DNA of 64,000 bases from Cenococcum geophilum (lineage: Eukaryota). How positions within the stretch are numbered: the stretch's first letter is position 1; every line of letters begins with the position of its first letter. The notes under the pieces were generated by a model. That model searched no databases, was not told the origin of the DNA, and saw only the letters and a program-made list of their open reading frames with translations. Location of the stretch: assembly GCA_050273025.1 (NCBI GenBank), contig CP158635.1:9176001-9240000 (forward strand). Direction: 5' to 3'. The position numbers and the translations under genes were made by a program. Positions 1-13,705 of the stretch are shown piece after piece.

Positions 1-1947
1 TATTAGTATTTCCCTTAAAAAATATTAGTAGATAATATTTAAACGTTTAAAAACCAGCTTAATAAAATTAATACCCTTAAGGAAGGAATAGTCGCAAGAG
101 AGGAAAACATTAAAAAACTTACGGAGGGGTTAGTTGTGTTTATTAAGTTACTAAAGAAAGTAGGTATTAATTATAAGTTAATAACGCTAAGCTATATTAA
201 GATTAAAATTAAGTAGTTAATTAACGAATCGCCAAATATTACTACTATCTATTTAGCCTATTTAGAGGCCTTAAGAGGCCTAATACTTAAGCAAATGGCG
301 GTATAGAACGATGTTAGACTATAAGTATAGGAATTTTTTAACTTAGCCTGCTAAAAGAAGTCCGTAGTAAGAGATATATCTCTAAAGAATATAATTAAAG
401 TAGCTAAATAGAAAAATATCGAGCTTATAAGAGTTAATAAAGAGCTTAACCTAGTTTTAACTAATTATAAAATACTAATTTAATCTATAAAAGAAATTCT
501 TAGTATTTTAGAGATACCTAATAAGGACATTTAAGAATAGAAGAGAGATGTACTTATACTTAGGATTAAAGCGATATTATTATTTAGAGGTATTAATGGT
601 ATAAGTACTTAGATTCCTAGAAAGAAGCTAGTACTATTTATAAGCGCTATAGCTTAAGAGAGTTTAAGGCTACTAAACTCTATAAAGGGCGATTTAGCCG
701 AATAATTAAGCAGCGCTAGCGGTGCTAGGCCATCTATAAAGATTAGCTCTACTACTACTAATGCATTAAGCTCTACTAAACCCTCTATAGGTATTAACCC
801 CACTTTTAGAGTAAGTAATACTAAAGTAAGCTCTGCTAAACGACCTATAAAAAGTAGCTCCCCTGCTAAAGTAGTAAGTTTAGCTAAAGTCGGCAGTTTT
901 ACTAATAAAAGTAGTGTTAATAAACCACTATTTATTTTTAAGGAAGAAAGCTTTACTAAATCGCCTATAAAGAGCGGTTTTACTACTAAGAGGGTAAGGT
1001 TTATTAAACTATCTAGACTTAACGGAAAAAAAGCTAAAAGCGTTTTACCTAGATAGGACGCCCTAGAACCCGCTATAAGGCGAATACTTATAGTTCATCC
1101 CCCTATAAGGCTATTAGCTATAGCCTTTATTGCTCCAGAATATTATATACTAGAGGTAATTAAATCTGTAGAGTCTAATATAGATATTAATATAGACCTT
1201 AATAATCTAAACTCTTAATTAAATGACGATTATATTAAGATGCCTTTATATAAGGATAGAAGGACGGAATTTAGTATTCTAGAGGCTATAAGACCTTATA
1301 AAAACAAATAGTAAAGTTACTTTATTATTAATGCGGGCACAGAAAACCATCCGTTTTACTAAGTAATTAGTAGCTACTAACTTGCGCTAAGAGGTGCTGA
1401 TAAGCTCTAAAGTATAGAAGAGAAATACTTTAAGTTTAATAAGAAATGGTATAAGGCGTATATAAATAACGGGAGTAGTAAAAGAAAATGAATTAATATT
1501 ATTAAGAAACTTGGCCCATATATATAGGTCCTATAATTTTATAATAATAGTAAGCGAAAGCTAGATACCTATATTAGAACTAAGGTCTATAAGGAAAAAA
1601 CTAAAAACCCTTACGCTAATAAAATGCCGCTTATTAACTAGTTAATTAAATTAGAAATAGTTAAAATAAGTAATAAGCAATAGGGAGAGGCTTAGGTAGA
1701 GATTTTAACGCAAGCTTATATAAGGAAGAGGAAGGTATTTAAGAAATTAAGGATATACTGGCTGCATCCTAATATAGGGAAGCCACTATCAAAGGAAGAC
1801 AGAATAAACGAGCTATGGCTATTCCTAGATGTAGAAGGGTCTCTAAGTAGTTTAGATAGTGGTAGGTAATAAGCTAGTAAAGAAATTAATATATCTAGTA
1901 TTAAAGTTAATAGCTCTAGCTCTAATTCCGATTCTCTTTACAGCTAA
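1..1947 (+). pseudogene. RIP-degraded gene of unknown function (coiled-coil N-part, degenerate ~60-bp S/K/P-rich repeats at ~720-1000); 5' end outside the window
   Basis: One + frame reads as protein apart from TAA/TAG stops, e.g. LHPNIGKPLSKEDRINELWLFLD at ~1760-1830; ends in a Ser-rich tail with TAA at 1945-1947. Confidence 0.5.
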
Positions 1948-2424
1948 GGCTAGATTAGTACTTTAGTATATTTAGTTATATCTATAATTAATATTTAATA
2001 TTTAATATTATATAGAGTAAAGGATAAACTATAACGGAGGAACTATAGCGGCTAGCATTAACTACTAATTATCCTTGTTTACTAAACCCTAGATTTAAGC
2101 TATACCTTACCTACTTAGCTTCCCGATAATACTTAACAAAATGCTGAATAATAATAACACTAATGCTGACTTAAAAAATGGGTATAAAGATTTTAATTGT
2201 CCTTCCCGCTTTAGTTAATAACTTTTAAATATAACTTATAAAGGGTATAGTATAGGTAAAGATATAGAAAAGAGGTAGGAAATAGGTAAAATAGAATAAT
2301 ACTGCTATATTTATTATAGAATATTCAATATTAAATATAGATAAAAACACTAAGGACTATTATATATATTAAAGATAAACGCTATATTACAAATAGAAGC
2401 TACAAATTCTTCTTATACAACTAT

Positions 2425-4044
2425 AACCTATAACATATATCTACCCTCATCTATTTATAGGTATAGTGTAGTAAACTAACTCTTATTAAAATTTGTCTAG
2501 TAGAATCTATCTATAGATTTATTAAATAGAGATACTTAGTTGCGTAGCAAGCCTTATATTTACGGTATATAGTATCCGCTCTATTAAGTTTTAAATAGTA
2601 TAATTTTGGAATAAGTAAATCAGCTATATAGAAATCACCGCATATTTTGGTTCTAAAAGGCGCCATAATATAATAGTTTAATGTTTTATATTCTTAGGAA
2701 CGAGTAATAATTCTAGCCAGCACTGCCTTTTGGCCTTTAATTATATCTAGTTCCGCGTTAGTTTTGGAAAGGTTATAGAACTAGAAAACCTAAACAGTTT
2801 TAATATAGTTAAATTTATATAGGTTGTTTTTAGCGGTCTCTCTAAACTATAGGTAAGTTTGGTTTATAGGTAGCATATTAGGATTAAAGTTCGCAGCAAT
2901 AAATTTAAATAGTTGTGATATTGGTTTTATAATCTCTAAATAAGGCTAGATCCTAGTGGATATAAATATTAAAAGTTAAGTAGTAAAAGAAACGTTTAGG
3001 GTTTAGTAAAAACTTATATTTATTTATAGTTTGTTTATATACGGAAGCTATAAGTAGAGCTTACTGTTTATATAAAATATTCTATATATATAACCTATAT
3101 CTACAATATAGGCTTTAGTTATTATAGTACTTTTTATAAAATATTCTAGCTTAGCTTGCGAAAGGATAACTCCTATATAATGTCCTAATAGGTAATAACT
3201 AAAATCCTTATAGATATAAGGGCTGGGAACTATAAAGTGCCTAAAAAAATCTAATACTCTTAGGTAAATGTTAACGTTATACTTATCTTCTTTTAAAGTA
3301 TTCTTTACCGCTAAATCTTATCTAGGATGTTTATAGAGTTTAAAGTCAGTATTAGAAATAGAGATGGTTAAAAAGTAAAGATAGTTAGGTATGAGGTAAG
3401 ATATAGTATTAGGGCTTATATCTAAAATAGACGGCTAGCTTATAACGCGAGGTGAGCTTTAACTAGCTAGAAAAATTATTTAAAGGGAGATAAAAGGTTA
3501 TAGAATACTTATAAAAAATAACTTATTAGCGGATAGAAGGAGGTTTTAGTACATAGTCGCTTACCTAAAAGTTAAGTATAGTTAGTAGTAATATAGCCAT
3601 TATTATAAGGTATATAATGCGAATAAGGTCTTTATTAGATAGAGTATATAATCCTTAGGGGTCTGTTTAAGTATATAGAAGACTTAATTAGCCTAAAACT
3701 AACTTCCTTAGTGCTGCATTAATGGCAAGGCGTAAATTGTGGTGTAAATTATAAAGGCTTATTTTATAGGCATTAATACCTAACTAATACCAGTGCTGTG
3801 GGTAATGAAGACCAGTAGCTGCTTGTCTTAAACGCATTAAAGCCTAAATTAAAGGCAAGTGTGCCGTAGATATATATATAGAGGTTACTAACTAGTAGGA
3901 GGGGAAGTAAAGGGTTCCTATAGGGCAAAAATTGCCTTACTTTTAGCTATACTTTAGACGCTAATAGAATATAGGGCCACTATTAGTATTACGGAGTAGA
4001 GGTTGGTAAAGGTTAAAAATAGTACTTAAGGCTTAAGTTGGCAT
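2425..4044 (-). pseudogene. RIP-degraded orphan gene, paralog A (intron-containing)
   Basis: Minus frame reads LLGHYIGVILSQAKLE...[intron]...FIAANFNPNMLP...VLARIITRS...YRKYKACYATKYLY. Homologous to 6500-8420 along its length. Confidence 0.55.
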
Positions 4045-4479
4045 TGCTATATATAAAGACGCCACTAATATAGTTCTTAATAAATCCCCGGATATATCTA
4101 AATCTTAAATATATAATAAAGGGGAAGGACGGACACTTAGAAATATATAGAGCAATTAAAAATACTATCTTCTAAAATCTATTAACTTAAGGGATTAGTA
4201 GCTAATAGTATAGTAAGGTAATACTATTTACGTATTTATAATTTAATTATAAGAAATACTAATAGACCCTACTTTAGATATCCTTATATAGGTACCTAAA
4301 TAAACGTTATAGCAAAATATATAAGATCGCTTAGGGCTTTTATATACACTTTTATTGCTATTTTAGGTTATTAATATAATGCACGAGAAATTAAGAGCTT
4401 AATTTAAGTGTTAAAAGTAAAGATTAAAATAGATTATAGCGGTCCCTAAAATCGAGGAGCTATTTTCTATATTAAGTAA

Positions 4480-5400
4480 TTTAGTAAGTAAAAGTAAATT
4501 ATTTAGTGTTGCGGGACTTAAAGGATTGGGCAGTATAAACCCCTCAGCCACTATTAAGTCCTATAATTCGCCCCCTAACTCCTTAACTAGTTTATTTAGA
4601 GTCCCTTTATCTTTAACGCATCTATAAGCGTAGCGCTATCTATATCTCTAGCTATGTCGTTATATTCTTTATCTAAAGTAGGTGTATTTTATAGGGGGGA
4701 TCTTCCTTCTAGAACTTTACTAGAGTTAATGCCTAAAACTACTCCTTTTAAGAAACTTTATACTTAATAACAGAGAGACCATCTATTGCTTTATCTACGA
4801 TAATAGTAAGGTTATAATGTAGCGGTCTAGTCCTAGAAGCCAAGGCGAAAGTTTAAAGCTTATTATAATATTATTCCCTATTTATGCTAATACTAATATT
4901 CTTACCTTTATGCTTTATTAATTAAAGCTCTTAGTAAAGTTTCGACTTAAAGCAATGTTTATTTATCTTATTTATACTCTTTAAAGAAAGGATAGCACGT
5001 TTTTGTAATGCACTAATAAGAGCCCTTACTTTATTATCACTCTTTATTACCTTCTTAAAAAGTTCTCTCGCTGCGGCGTTATTAGTATTCTTTATTATCT
5101 TAAGGAGAGACTCTACTTTGTACTTAAGACTATTCTTATATAGATATAAAGTTACGAGTGATATAAGCTTAAAAGGTATCTTAACGTTTAAATAGCTGCG
5201 TATTATTTTTAATAGATCTAGATCTATATAAAATTTCGGTTTAAATAGCTATACCGTATTATCTTGGAATAAAACCCTGGGGGGGGGGGGGGTAAGAAGC
5301 AGGGGGGTTAGGGGCAGTGGTAACGGCAGTAGTAGTGGCGGCGGTAGTAGTAGTAATAGGAGGAGGAGGAGGAGGAGGAAGAGGAAGAGGAATGTTTAGT
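4480..5400 (-). pseudogene. RIP-degraded orphan gene with Pro/Thr-rich N-terminus
   Basis: Minus strand of 5270-5395 encodes PLPLPPPPPPPITTTTAATTT...PPPPP, followed by a helical region; probable GTAAG intron donor at ~4905. Confidence 0.45.
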
Positions 5401-6499
5401 ATAATTCTTAGTTTTTAAGTTAAAAGATATTAGAAAGAATAAAGTTAAGATATTCTAATACTGGGGAGCTAGATATATAAATAACCGCTAAAGCCGTATT
5501 ATATTAAATTATGGGACTAGACCTACACTATAGAAGGCTCTTCTAATCTAGATTATACATTTAGCCTAGAAATTATTACCGCACGCATTATACTAATTTA
5601 TTATCGTGCGTTTGTGTATCTGCTTAGTGTTACCTAATACTTAACCTTTAAGGGGGTATATATGCGAGCTTAAAGAGATACTGCCAAATGCCATTTAATG
5701 TAAAAGGAAGGCGCTTATACGCCGGCAGGAGGCCTAATTTTATAGCTATATATTACATTTACACCTTAACTATAGTTAAATAATCGTTATAGCGCGGCCA
5801 GTACATTATAAACGACGACACTAAGTTAAGAATTAAGTGCATTAAGACTTAGCGATATTAAGGATTTTAATATATACAAAACCAAGACCTCTAAGACTAG
5901 AGACTTTATATTTATATTAGTATAAAAATGCTAACCATTAAATTAGATCCCTAACTAGCTTTTAAATTTACTAAATAAGAATCCCTTATTATATATAACT
6001 AGGCCCTCTTGTTACATAGGCTAAAAGAAATATTACTTTAAATGGCGATGCGGATAATCCTACCCTGCTACTAGATGGCTTTAATTTCGATAATATATCC
6101 TTATAATTACCTAGGAGGAAAGAGTTCGTATTAGCTTATAGTAGCTTATAGATAGTTAGCCAAACCAACTATAGTTTTTATCGAGCCTATACTCTCTATA
6201 GGAAGCATTAATTACCTATTATAAAATAATAAGAAAGGAGCTGGCTTTTATATCGCTATAATATTTGCTAGATATCTTTTTTATATCTCTTAGTATTTTA
6301 TATACTAAGCTCTTACTATATAGCGGAGATAGGTATAATTATAGTAGACTTAAGTGTAATTACACATTTCTAAAAATAATAAAACGGCGTGTCTTATTCT
6401 TAATAAGAATAATAGCTAAGGAACGAGTATTTATATTATAGTAAAGTAGCTATTATCTTTAGATATCCCGTGTAGGTCTAAAGGAAGAAGAATAACTAT

Positions 6500-8420
6500 T
6501 AATACTATATAATCTATAGCGCATATCTGCCCTTATCTATTTATTTAATAATAATTCACTATAGATCTATAGGTATAGTAGTAGACTAATCCTTATTAAA
6601 ATTCGTCTTATATAACCTATTTATATATTTATTAAATAGAGATACTTAGTTATGTAGTAAGCCTTATATATACGGTATGCAGTTTCCCCTCTATTAAGTG
6701 TTAAATAATACCCCTTTAAAATAAAGAAATCGCCTATAATTAAAAGATCATTTTATTTATTTTTATAATTAGTAATAATATATTTATTAAACGTTTTAAA
6801 TTTAGGGGGATAAATAATAATTCTAGCTAGCACCTCTTAACTGCTAGTTAAGCCTTAATTACTATTAGTTTAGGGAAAGTCGTTAAGTTAGGAAACCTAA
6901 ACTGTTTTAATACCTTTATATATTTGTAAATTTAGATTATAATATAAAATTCCTTATAAGTTTACAGCTTAGGTAGTATATTAGGATTAAGGTGCGCAGC
7001 TATAGTTATAAGTAGTTATAACTTTAGTTTTACAATCGCTGCCTAAGGCTAAATCCTAGCGGACGTAAATGTTAGGGGTTAAGTTACGAAAGAAACTTTC
7101 ACGGTAAGTATAAACTTACATCTATATATAATTCGTTTATATATAGAAGCTATAAGTAGACTTTCTTTCTTAATTTAAATGTTCTGTATATACAATTTCA
7201 ATATACTATAAAGGATATAGCCGTTATACTATTACTAGTTATAAAAGATTCTAGCTAGTCTAGAGGAAGGATAACTCCTATATTATATCCTAGTAGCGAA
7301 AGACTAAATTTTACGTTACTTTATATGTAAGTCTATATAAAAATATAAACATATAGTTAAATATTAGATTAGTGTAATAGGATTATATTAAGTAAAACGA
7401 ATTACTAAAAAGTAGTTAAGAATCTATTAGTAGTAGTAAAGACGCTGCTTCTATAGAAAGCTTAGTAATTAACTAGCATAGCTTAGCTAAAAGTATTAAA
7501 TTCTAAGGCCGCCTCTACTTTTGGTTTAAGCTTAGCTTAGCTAAGAGTATTAAATTCTAAGGCCGCCCTTACTTTTAGTTTATAATATAAGCCTTTAGCT
7601 ATACCCTCTTAACTATTACCGCAATAAGCGCCCGTTGGCCGCTATTTATAGTAATACTCTTTAGATAAGATAATATAACTATATAACTAAACTACGGCAA
7701 TAGTATAGTGGTGACCTTTAACTACCTTATCCTAAACGTTAATATATATATCCTAATATGCCTAAAATATAGCCTTAGCTATTGCTATAAAATATTAGTA
7801 GTATATAGCAAAAGTAAATATTAGTAAACTAAAAGAGAACTAGTCTAAAGTCTATTGTTAACGGTATTATACTAATATAGTTATGCCGATAGGAGTAAGG
7901 AAACTATAGTTTTCTATTAATGTCAGCTTAAGAAAATATTAGTTAGAGGTAGAAACGTATAAATCGTTAAGATTAGCGCGTAGTAACTAGTGCTATTACT
8001 AAAATTGTAAGGTATAGGTCGTAATATAAAGGATTTAATAGAGAAGGTACGGGTTTCTTAGTAGCCTTTTATATTATAGTACTAACTTAAGACTTAGCTT
8101 CTAACGTATAAAGAATAGTAAAGGGCGCGTTAATTGCGGTGTGCTTAGGCTTAGAAAGATTAATCTAACCTATATATATATATACGACAGGTAACGAAAA
8201 CCGGTAAGTATTTATCTTAGAATTGTTAAGGCTAGATTGCGGACAGGAGGTGCTACTAATATATATTTAAAGACTATAAGGCCATAAAAAACTTGCGTAA
8301 ATACTATCTCGCGTCTAGCTATACCCTAAACACTTATAGAATATAGGGCCGCTATTAGTATTATGGGTAGTAAAGATTAATAAAGGTTAAAAATGATGTT
8401 TAAGGCTTAAATTGGGATTG
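6500..8420 (-). pseudogene. RIP-degraded orphan gene, paralog B (contains an in-frame 54-bp tandem duplication at 7481-7585)
   Basis: Shares blocks with paralog A, e.g. ATTAAATAGAGATACTTAGTT at 2521 and 6631, GGATAACTCCTATA at ~3165 and ~7270, same intron position (GTAAGT donor at ~7119). Confidence 0.55.
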
Positions 8421-9008
8421 CCAGACGGTATAAGATAAGAAGACGCTATAAATGTATTTATAAAAGCCTATTCTGTGCCGCCTTTAAGTTCTTTACTCTG
8501 CCGCCGGTTTTAGTAAATATACGCTACTTAATAACAGTATTCTTAAAGTAGGGTGTAAATTAAAAGGCACTAAATATAAGGGAGTTTAGGGAGAATTTGC
8601 ATATACGACTACGGAGGGTAAGATATTAGTATCTTATTCTAAATAGAGACGCTAGTTATAGAGCTACTTACCTAAAAGTATTGCCTTTAGGATTAAATAA
8701 GAATTAGTAGGCAAAATTAATAGCTATATATATGTTATTTAGAGGATGCCGCGCGCGATAAAGACCGGTTAAAGGTCGCGTGCTATATACTGCTAGTAGA
8801 TCTTATTATAGCTATATATAATATTTAGGCTACTAAATATTATAAAGGGCAGGAAAGGTGATGCAAATATATTTATATAGGATAAGATATTAGGCGTCTA
8901 ATGTATATAGCGGCCTATACAGCAGCTATTATATATATTAATTATAGGGTACTATATGTAGCGGAGATTGTTTAAGGGTTATATAGTGTAATAGTTATAA
9001 GCATACCT

Positions 9009-9770
9009 ATGGAAAATAAAGGGTTAATAGCCTATTGCAGGTAGAGAGATGCGGGTTATATAGTTGCTTACCTTTAGCGGTGTATTTAAGGTATTAAAAA
9101 TATTACTACTAAATCCTTACTAACAAAAATAGTAAAGCCTAAGTATTAATAGTAACGTTTACTTAAGCGTTGGGGCATAGAATGTTTAAGGCTTGTTTAA
9201 GATACTAAGCATTTTAATATTTATATACGTTTACTATTTAGCGGAGGTTAAAAAGTAAAAAGCCTAATAAAACTTGCCCCTTTAAACCGCCTGCCCTACT
9301 ACTAAGTTAAATTTCCCAGTAGCGTTTATACCAAATTTGGATATAATAGCGTAAGTATAAGTAAGAATAAACTGCTTAAGAAAGCTCTCCTAGAAAGTAA
9401 TATTGTTATACCTATTATTAAAGTAAAGTATATAGACTTTACACAGTCCAGCCTTAAGAAGACAATTAAGAAGATTATATAAACTAGCAAAATATCTATA
9501 AGCCCTTTTATTAGTCTAAGTAAGACTATAAAAAGCTCTTAAGCGCGTTAATGTGCTATAACTATACGTTTACTTTACCTTACTTCTATAGAGTAAGTTA
9601 GACGGCTAACGTAAATAAGATACTAAGATTAAAGATGCTAGAAATACTTTATAGGCTAGGGGTTAAAGTAGATAATATTTCACTTATAATAGGCCTAATA
9701 CTCTATTTTATAGGGAAGTATACTTAAATATACTATCTATATAAGTCGGTTGTTTATATATTAGTATTTA
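9009..9770 (+). pseudogene. RIP-degraded orphan gene with one intron
   Basis: ATG at 9009 opens MENKGLIAYCR*RDAGYIVAYL*RCI...LLKRWGIECLRLV. GTAAGT donor at 9351; the frame resumes after ~9393. Confidence 0.45.
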
Positions 9771-9949
9771 GCTATTATAGGGACTTATAGGTCTTAGATA
9801 GTAATAAGGTTCTAAAAGTTAAGAGCAGTTAGGGTTATTGCTAGGCTAGGCTGTAATATGTTAAATAGAAAGGGAGCGAAGGCGGTATTAGTGTAATTAT
9901 AACAGTTTCTTTTATAAGCTTAGGCATTACTGCTAGTTCTGCTTTATAA

Positions 9950-11971
9950 ATAGTTAAATAATTATATTATATTAAAAATTTAAAGCTTAGGTTTAGGAAT
10001 AACCCTTATATACCTATTATAGAGCATTAAACCTCGTCCTTACTATTACTGCTTTCCGGTAGAATGTTAATGGCGGTATTAGGCTTATATCCCCATTCTA
10101 GAGCATTAAACCTTATCTCTATATTGTTGCTACTTACTAGTAGTATATTAGTAGTAGTGTTACCCTTATATGCCTATTATAGAGCAGTTAAACTTACCTT
10201 CTTACTATCGCTGCTTTTTGGTAGAATGTTAATGGCAGTATTAGGCTTATATCCCCATTCTAGAGCATTAAACCTCATCTCTATGTTATCGCTGCTTGCT
10301 AGTAGTATATTAATGGCGGTGTTACCCTTATATGCCTATTATAGAGTAATAAAACTTATTTTCTTGCTATCGCTGCTTGCTAGTAAAATTTGCGTAAGGT
10401 TGCCGAGGGTATTAAAAGGGGTAGGGAAATTTTATAATAAGCGTTCTTAACTAAGGCGTAGTATAAGGGATTCGCCTACTAGCTTAAAGGTTTAAGGATG
10501 TTATTTAATTAATTATAGAGAAGATGTTCTATGGCCTTTAATAAGTTAAAGGTTTGCTATCTAGAAGCACTATTATACTCTTATATATTTATATACTCTC
10601 TACCTACTAACTTATAACTAATGTAAGTATTTTTAACTACTCTGCATTCTAGCCTTCTAGCTAATTTAATTAGTAATCTTATTTATTATCCGTTTCCTAG
10701 TTAGAGCTACCTCCTAATAAATAGTTTAACTAAAGTTTAGAGTTTAAGTAGATTCGTTTCCTACTCGGCTAAGGAAAGGGGAGGACTTATTTAGCTAAGC
10801 TTAACTAGGCTAGACTAATATAGTTTAGAGGGTAATTAACTTACTGTTCCTACTGGAATATAAAAAAAGAGATACTTATAAGGGGAGTAAATACTAACTT
10901 ATTAAATACCCTACCTATATAGATTAACTTATACTAATTAAACCAGTTTATTATCTCCTATGTAAATGTTAAAATTTCGGGATATTGTTTATTCTGTAGC
11001 TATTGAATAAAGAGGGGTACCTTGCTTATATTTATTATTTAGAAATCTCTTATAAAGTAAAATATAAGAGCTGATATTCTAGAGGTCTTTAAACTAGCTT
11101 AGATAATAAAATGCTTAATCCTAAATAGAAGATGTTGTCTAGCTATAGGCTCTTTAAAAAAAGTTCTTTAATCTCTAGAATTCTTTTATATGTTTGCCTT
11201 TTACAAAAGTAAATAGATCCTTAATTAATATCTAAAGTTTTAATCTGCCGTAAGTGGCTATTTCCTACTAATTAAAATTATTTGCTAAGTTTTAATTAGT
11301 AAGGTAAGTTTAAAAACGTCTTCTAGGTAAATTATAGCCGTTAAATTTAACTATATTATTAGTCCTCTAATCTTTTATTTTCCCCTCTTTATTAATAAAA
11401 AAAGTAAAGCTGCTCTATTTACAATATATGCACGGATTTCTTTAAGGCTTAATTATAATTTTAGGATTAATTTTTTATAACTAGTGTTTTTATCTAGTTC
11501 TTTAATATTAATAGTAAGTAAGGGAGGTAAAGTAGGAGGGGAAAGTTAAGTAGGTTCGCGGTTAGGGGTAGCTAAATAACTAGCCTTATTCTTTTACATA
11601 CTTTTATATTCTAAAGGAGGTAAAGTAGGTTTGTAGTTAGAGGTAGCTAAATAACTAGTCTTATTTTCTTAGGTGCTTTTATATTCTAAAGGAGGTAAAG
11701 TAGTTAGGAAAAGTTATATAGTTAGTTTATAGTTAAAGGTAGCTAAATAACTGGCCTTATTCTCTTTAGTGCCTTTATACTCTAAGGAAGGTAAAGTAGG
11801 TAAGGAAAGACGTTAGATATATTTATAGCTAGAGGTAGCTAGCGGGTTAACCTTATCCCCTTAAGTGCTTTTATTTTTAGAAGGTAGTAAAATAAGTTTT
11901 AAAGGTAATATATTAAGCCTCTTAGAGGCTAAACGTAATTAAGGAAGACAACGCTAGATTTCTAAAGGCAT
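9950..11971 (-). pseudogene. RIP-degraded orphan gene with two internal tandem-repeat arrays
   Basis: ATG at 11971 (MPLEI*RCLP*LRLASKR). About four 72-99-bp repeats at 11520-11900 and an 81/162-bp array at 10000-10385; unit lengths are multiples of 3. Confidence 0.5.
10000..10385. repeat. Tandem array of alternating 81-bp units (162-bp higher-order period), about 4.7 units
   Basis: ACCCTTATATGCCTATTATAGAG recurs at ~10162 and ~10324 (variant at ~10002); the ORF track shows a 54-aa period. Confidence 0.9.
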
Positions 11972-13089
11972 GGTATTAAAAAGAATATCTATAAATAGAC
12001 CTAAAATATAACCTAAGTCTAAAGATATAAATAAACTTATAATAATGGCTGGTAAGTTATTAAAAGGTCTAGTTAATATAAGGGGGTTGAGAATATCTTA
12101 GGTTAGGACCCTATCGCTAAGTTATTAAGTTTTTAAAAAAAACTTAGCGACTTAGTAATAGGGGTTTTTTAGCGCTAGTGCGCTAATTTAGGCAATATAG
12201 CAACGGGATATATATATAGGACTTTAACCTTTAGCGATATGCTTATTAATCGATATTCCTTTTATGTAAGTATTTTAGAATATCTATAATCCGTAAGTAT
12301 ATACTTTTTTAAGCCATCTCTATTAGTTAATTAATCTCTACTATTTATAGTAGAGAGAATTAACCTTATTCTTTGCTATACCCTTTAATTAGAGTGAGAT
12401 GTGCTGTAAGATTAAAGGGGCTAAACTATTAGCTATAGATATACCTTCTTAAACTGGGATTTTAACGCCTTAATAGGAATCGGCAAGCGGCTTTATAGAC
12501 GTTAAGTATAAATCTTAGTTTTATATTTACGGTATACTCTACTAGCGCTCCCTAAAAAAGAAAGAGGTAATTACTATTATAATATCTCTTTATTAGGGAA
12601 ACTAACTTTAGCTTATAGAGGAGGGTAGTTCTTAATTAATCCTTAAATATATCTAAATCTTAAATAGCGTAGTAAGGGGAGAACGGACGCTTAGTAATAT
12701 ATAGAGTAATTACGCCCCATCGGCTAAAGATATATATTAACTATATAGTTGCCCCGTTACCTTAAGGCCTTACTAATTCTCTCTACTTTGTATTCCCCCA
12801 TATTTACACCCTACTACTTAAAGTGTTAGGCTAATCGTTATTTGCCCCGTTTCTATAGTATTAGGCTAAGGCTAATATATAGTATACTTATTAATATAGA
12901 TTCTGTTCTTCCCCTTATTATTATTATACTTATAGCCTACGTAGTCGCGATCTTTAGTAGTACTTACACCATTCTTGTTACTAAAAGCCCTTTTATAACC
13001 TATATTACGCCTTATTTAATTACTTATAACGCAGTATATTTTATTATCCTTACTATAGTATACAGATTATTATTAGGTATTAGGTAGTA

Positions 13090-13705
13090 GGATAAGTTAA
13101 ACTAGGCCCTCATAAAGGCCGCTTTGCTTCTTATAACTATTTTAAAGGTAAGTATAAAGCCTAAGTCCTTTATATATAACTAATACCTAATTAGATTTTT
13201 ACAGCAGCTATTTTTCTTCCCTTAAGTGTAAAGAATATATCCCTTATAGGTATTTTAAGATGGGTATATCTGCTTAGGAGTTCGGTTATTATAGTACTAG
13301 GGGTATTTTTAACAATATTTTTTGCGATTATGTATATAAAAATTCTAAATTAGGGCTCTAACACTGACTTTGCTAAAGTGGAACTGCTGTTATAAAAATT
13401 AAGGTATATTGTGGAATACTGGCCATCCTTCTCCTTAGGAGCGTAATTATCCTTTCCTTCTATATAGACTACTATAAGTCTATATTTGGCTTATAAGCCA
13501 TAATAATTAGAGATTAGGGTTAGCTGTAAGCTAGCTTATACGGATTTTTTATTATCGCGATTAGTATAGCTATAGGCGTATTATTAAAATTCCCGGAATG
13601 AGGTTATAATATAAACTAGGTATACCTTTACAAACTACTTTTCTTTTAATTACTAATATTTATAGGTCTTTTTTTTTTAATAATATCTGTTTTAAACCTT
13701 TGCAT
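13090..13705 (-). pseudogene. Possible RIP-degraded orphan gene
   Basis: Minus frame G*LRS*GEGWPVFHNIP*FL*QQFHFSKVSVRALI; stops are at RIP-type codons. Confidence 0.3.

Noticed and set aside
10064..10450. 128-aa hydrophobic ORF resembling a membrane protein
   Set aside because: Antisense shadow of the 81/162-bp coding repeat on the minus strand; the hydrophobicity reflects RIP-driven AT bias.
11520..11900. Repeat-spacer appearance reminiscent of a CRISPR array
   Set aside because: The intervening segments are similar to each other, unit lengths are multiples of 3, the context is fungal, and there are no cas genes.
12842..13087. Short ORF-track entries (12842, 13812, 20117, 32043, 33173, 38834, 39324, 58042)
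   Set aside because: Chance or antisense ORFs in RIPped DNA or within TEs, with no recognisable motifs; 22461 and 22755 are merely surviving fragments of Gypsy #1 integrase.
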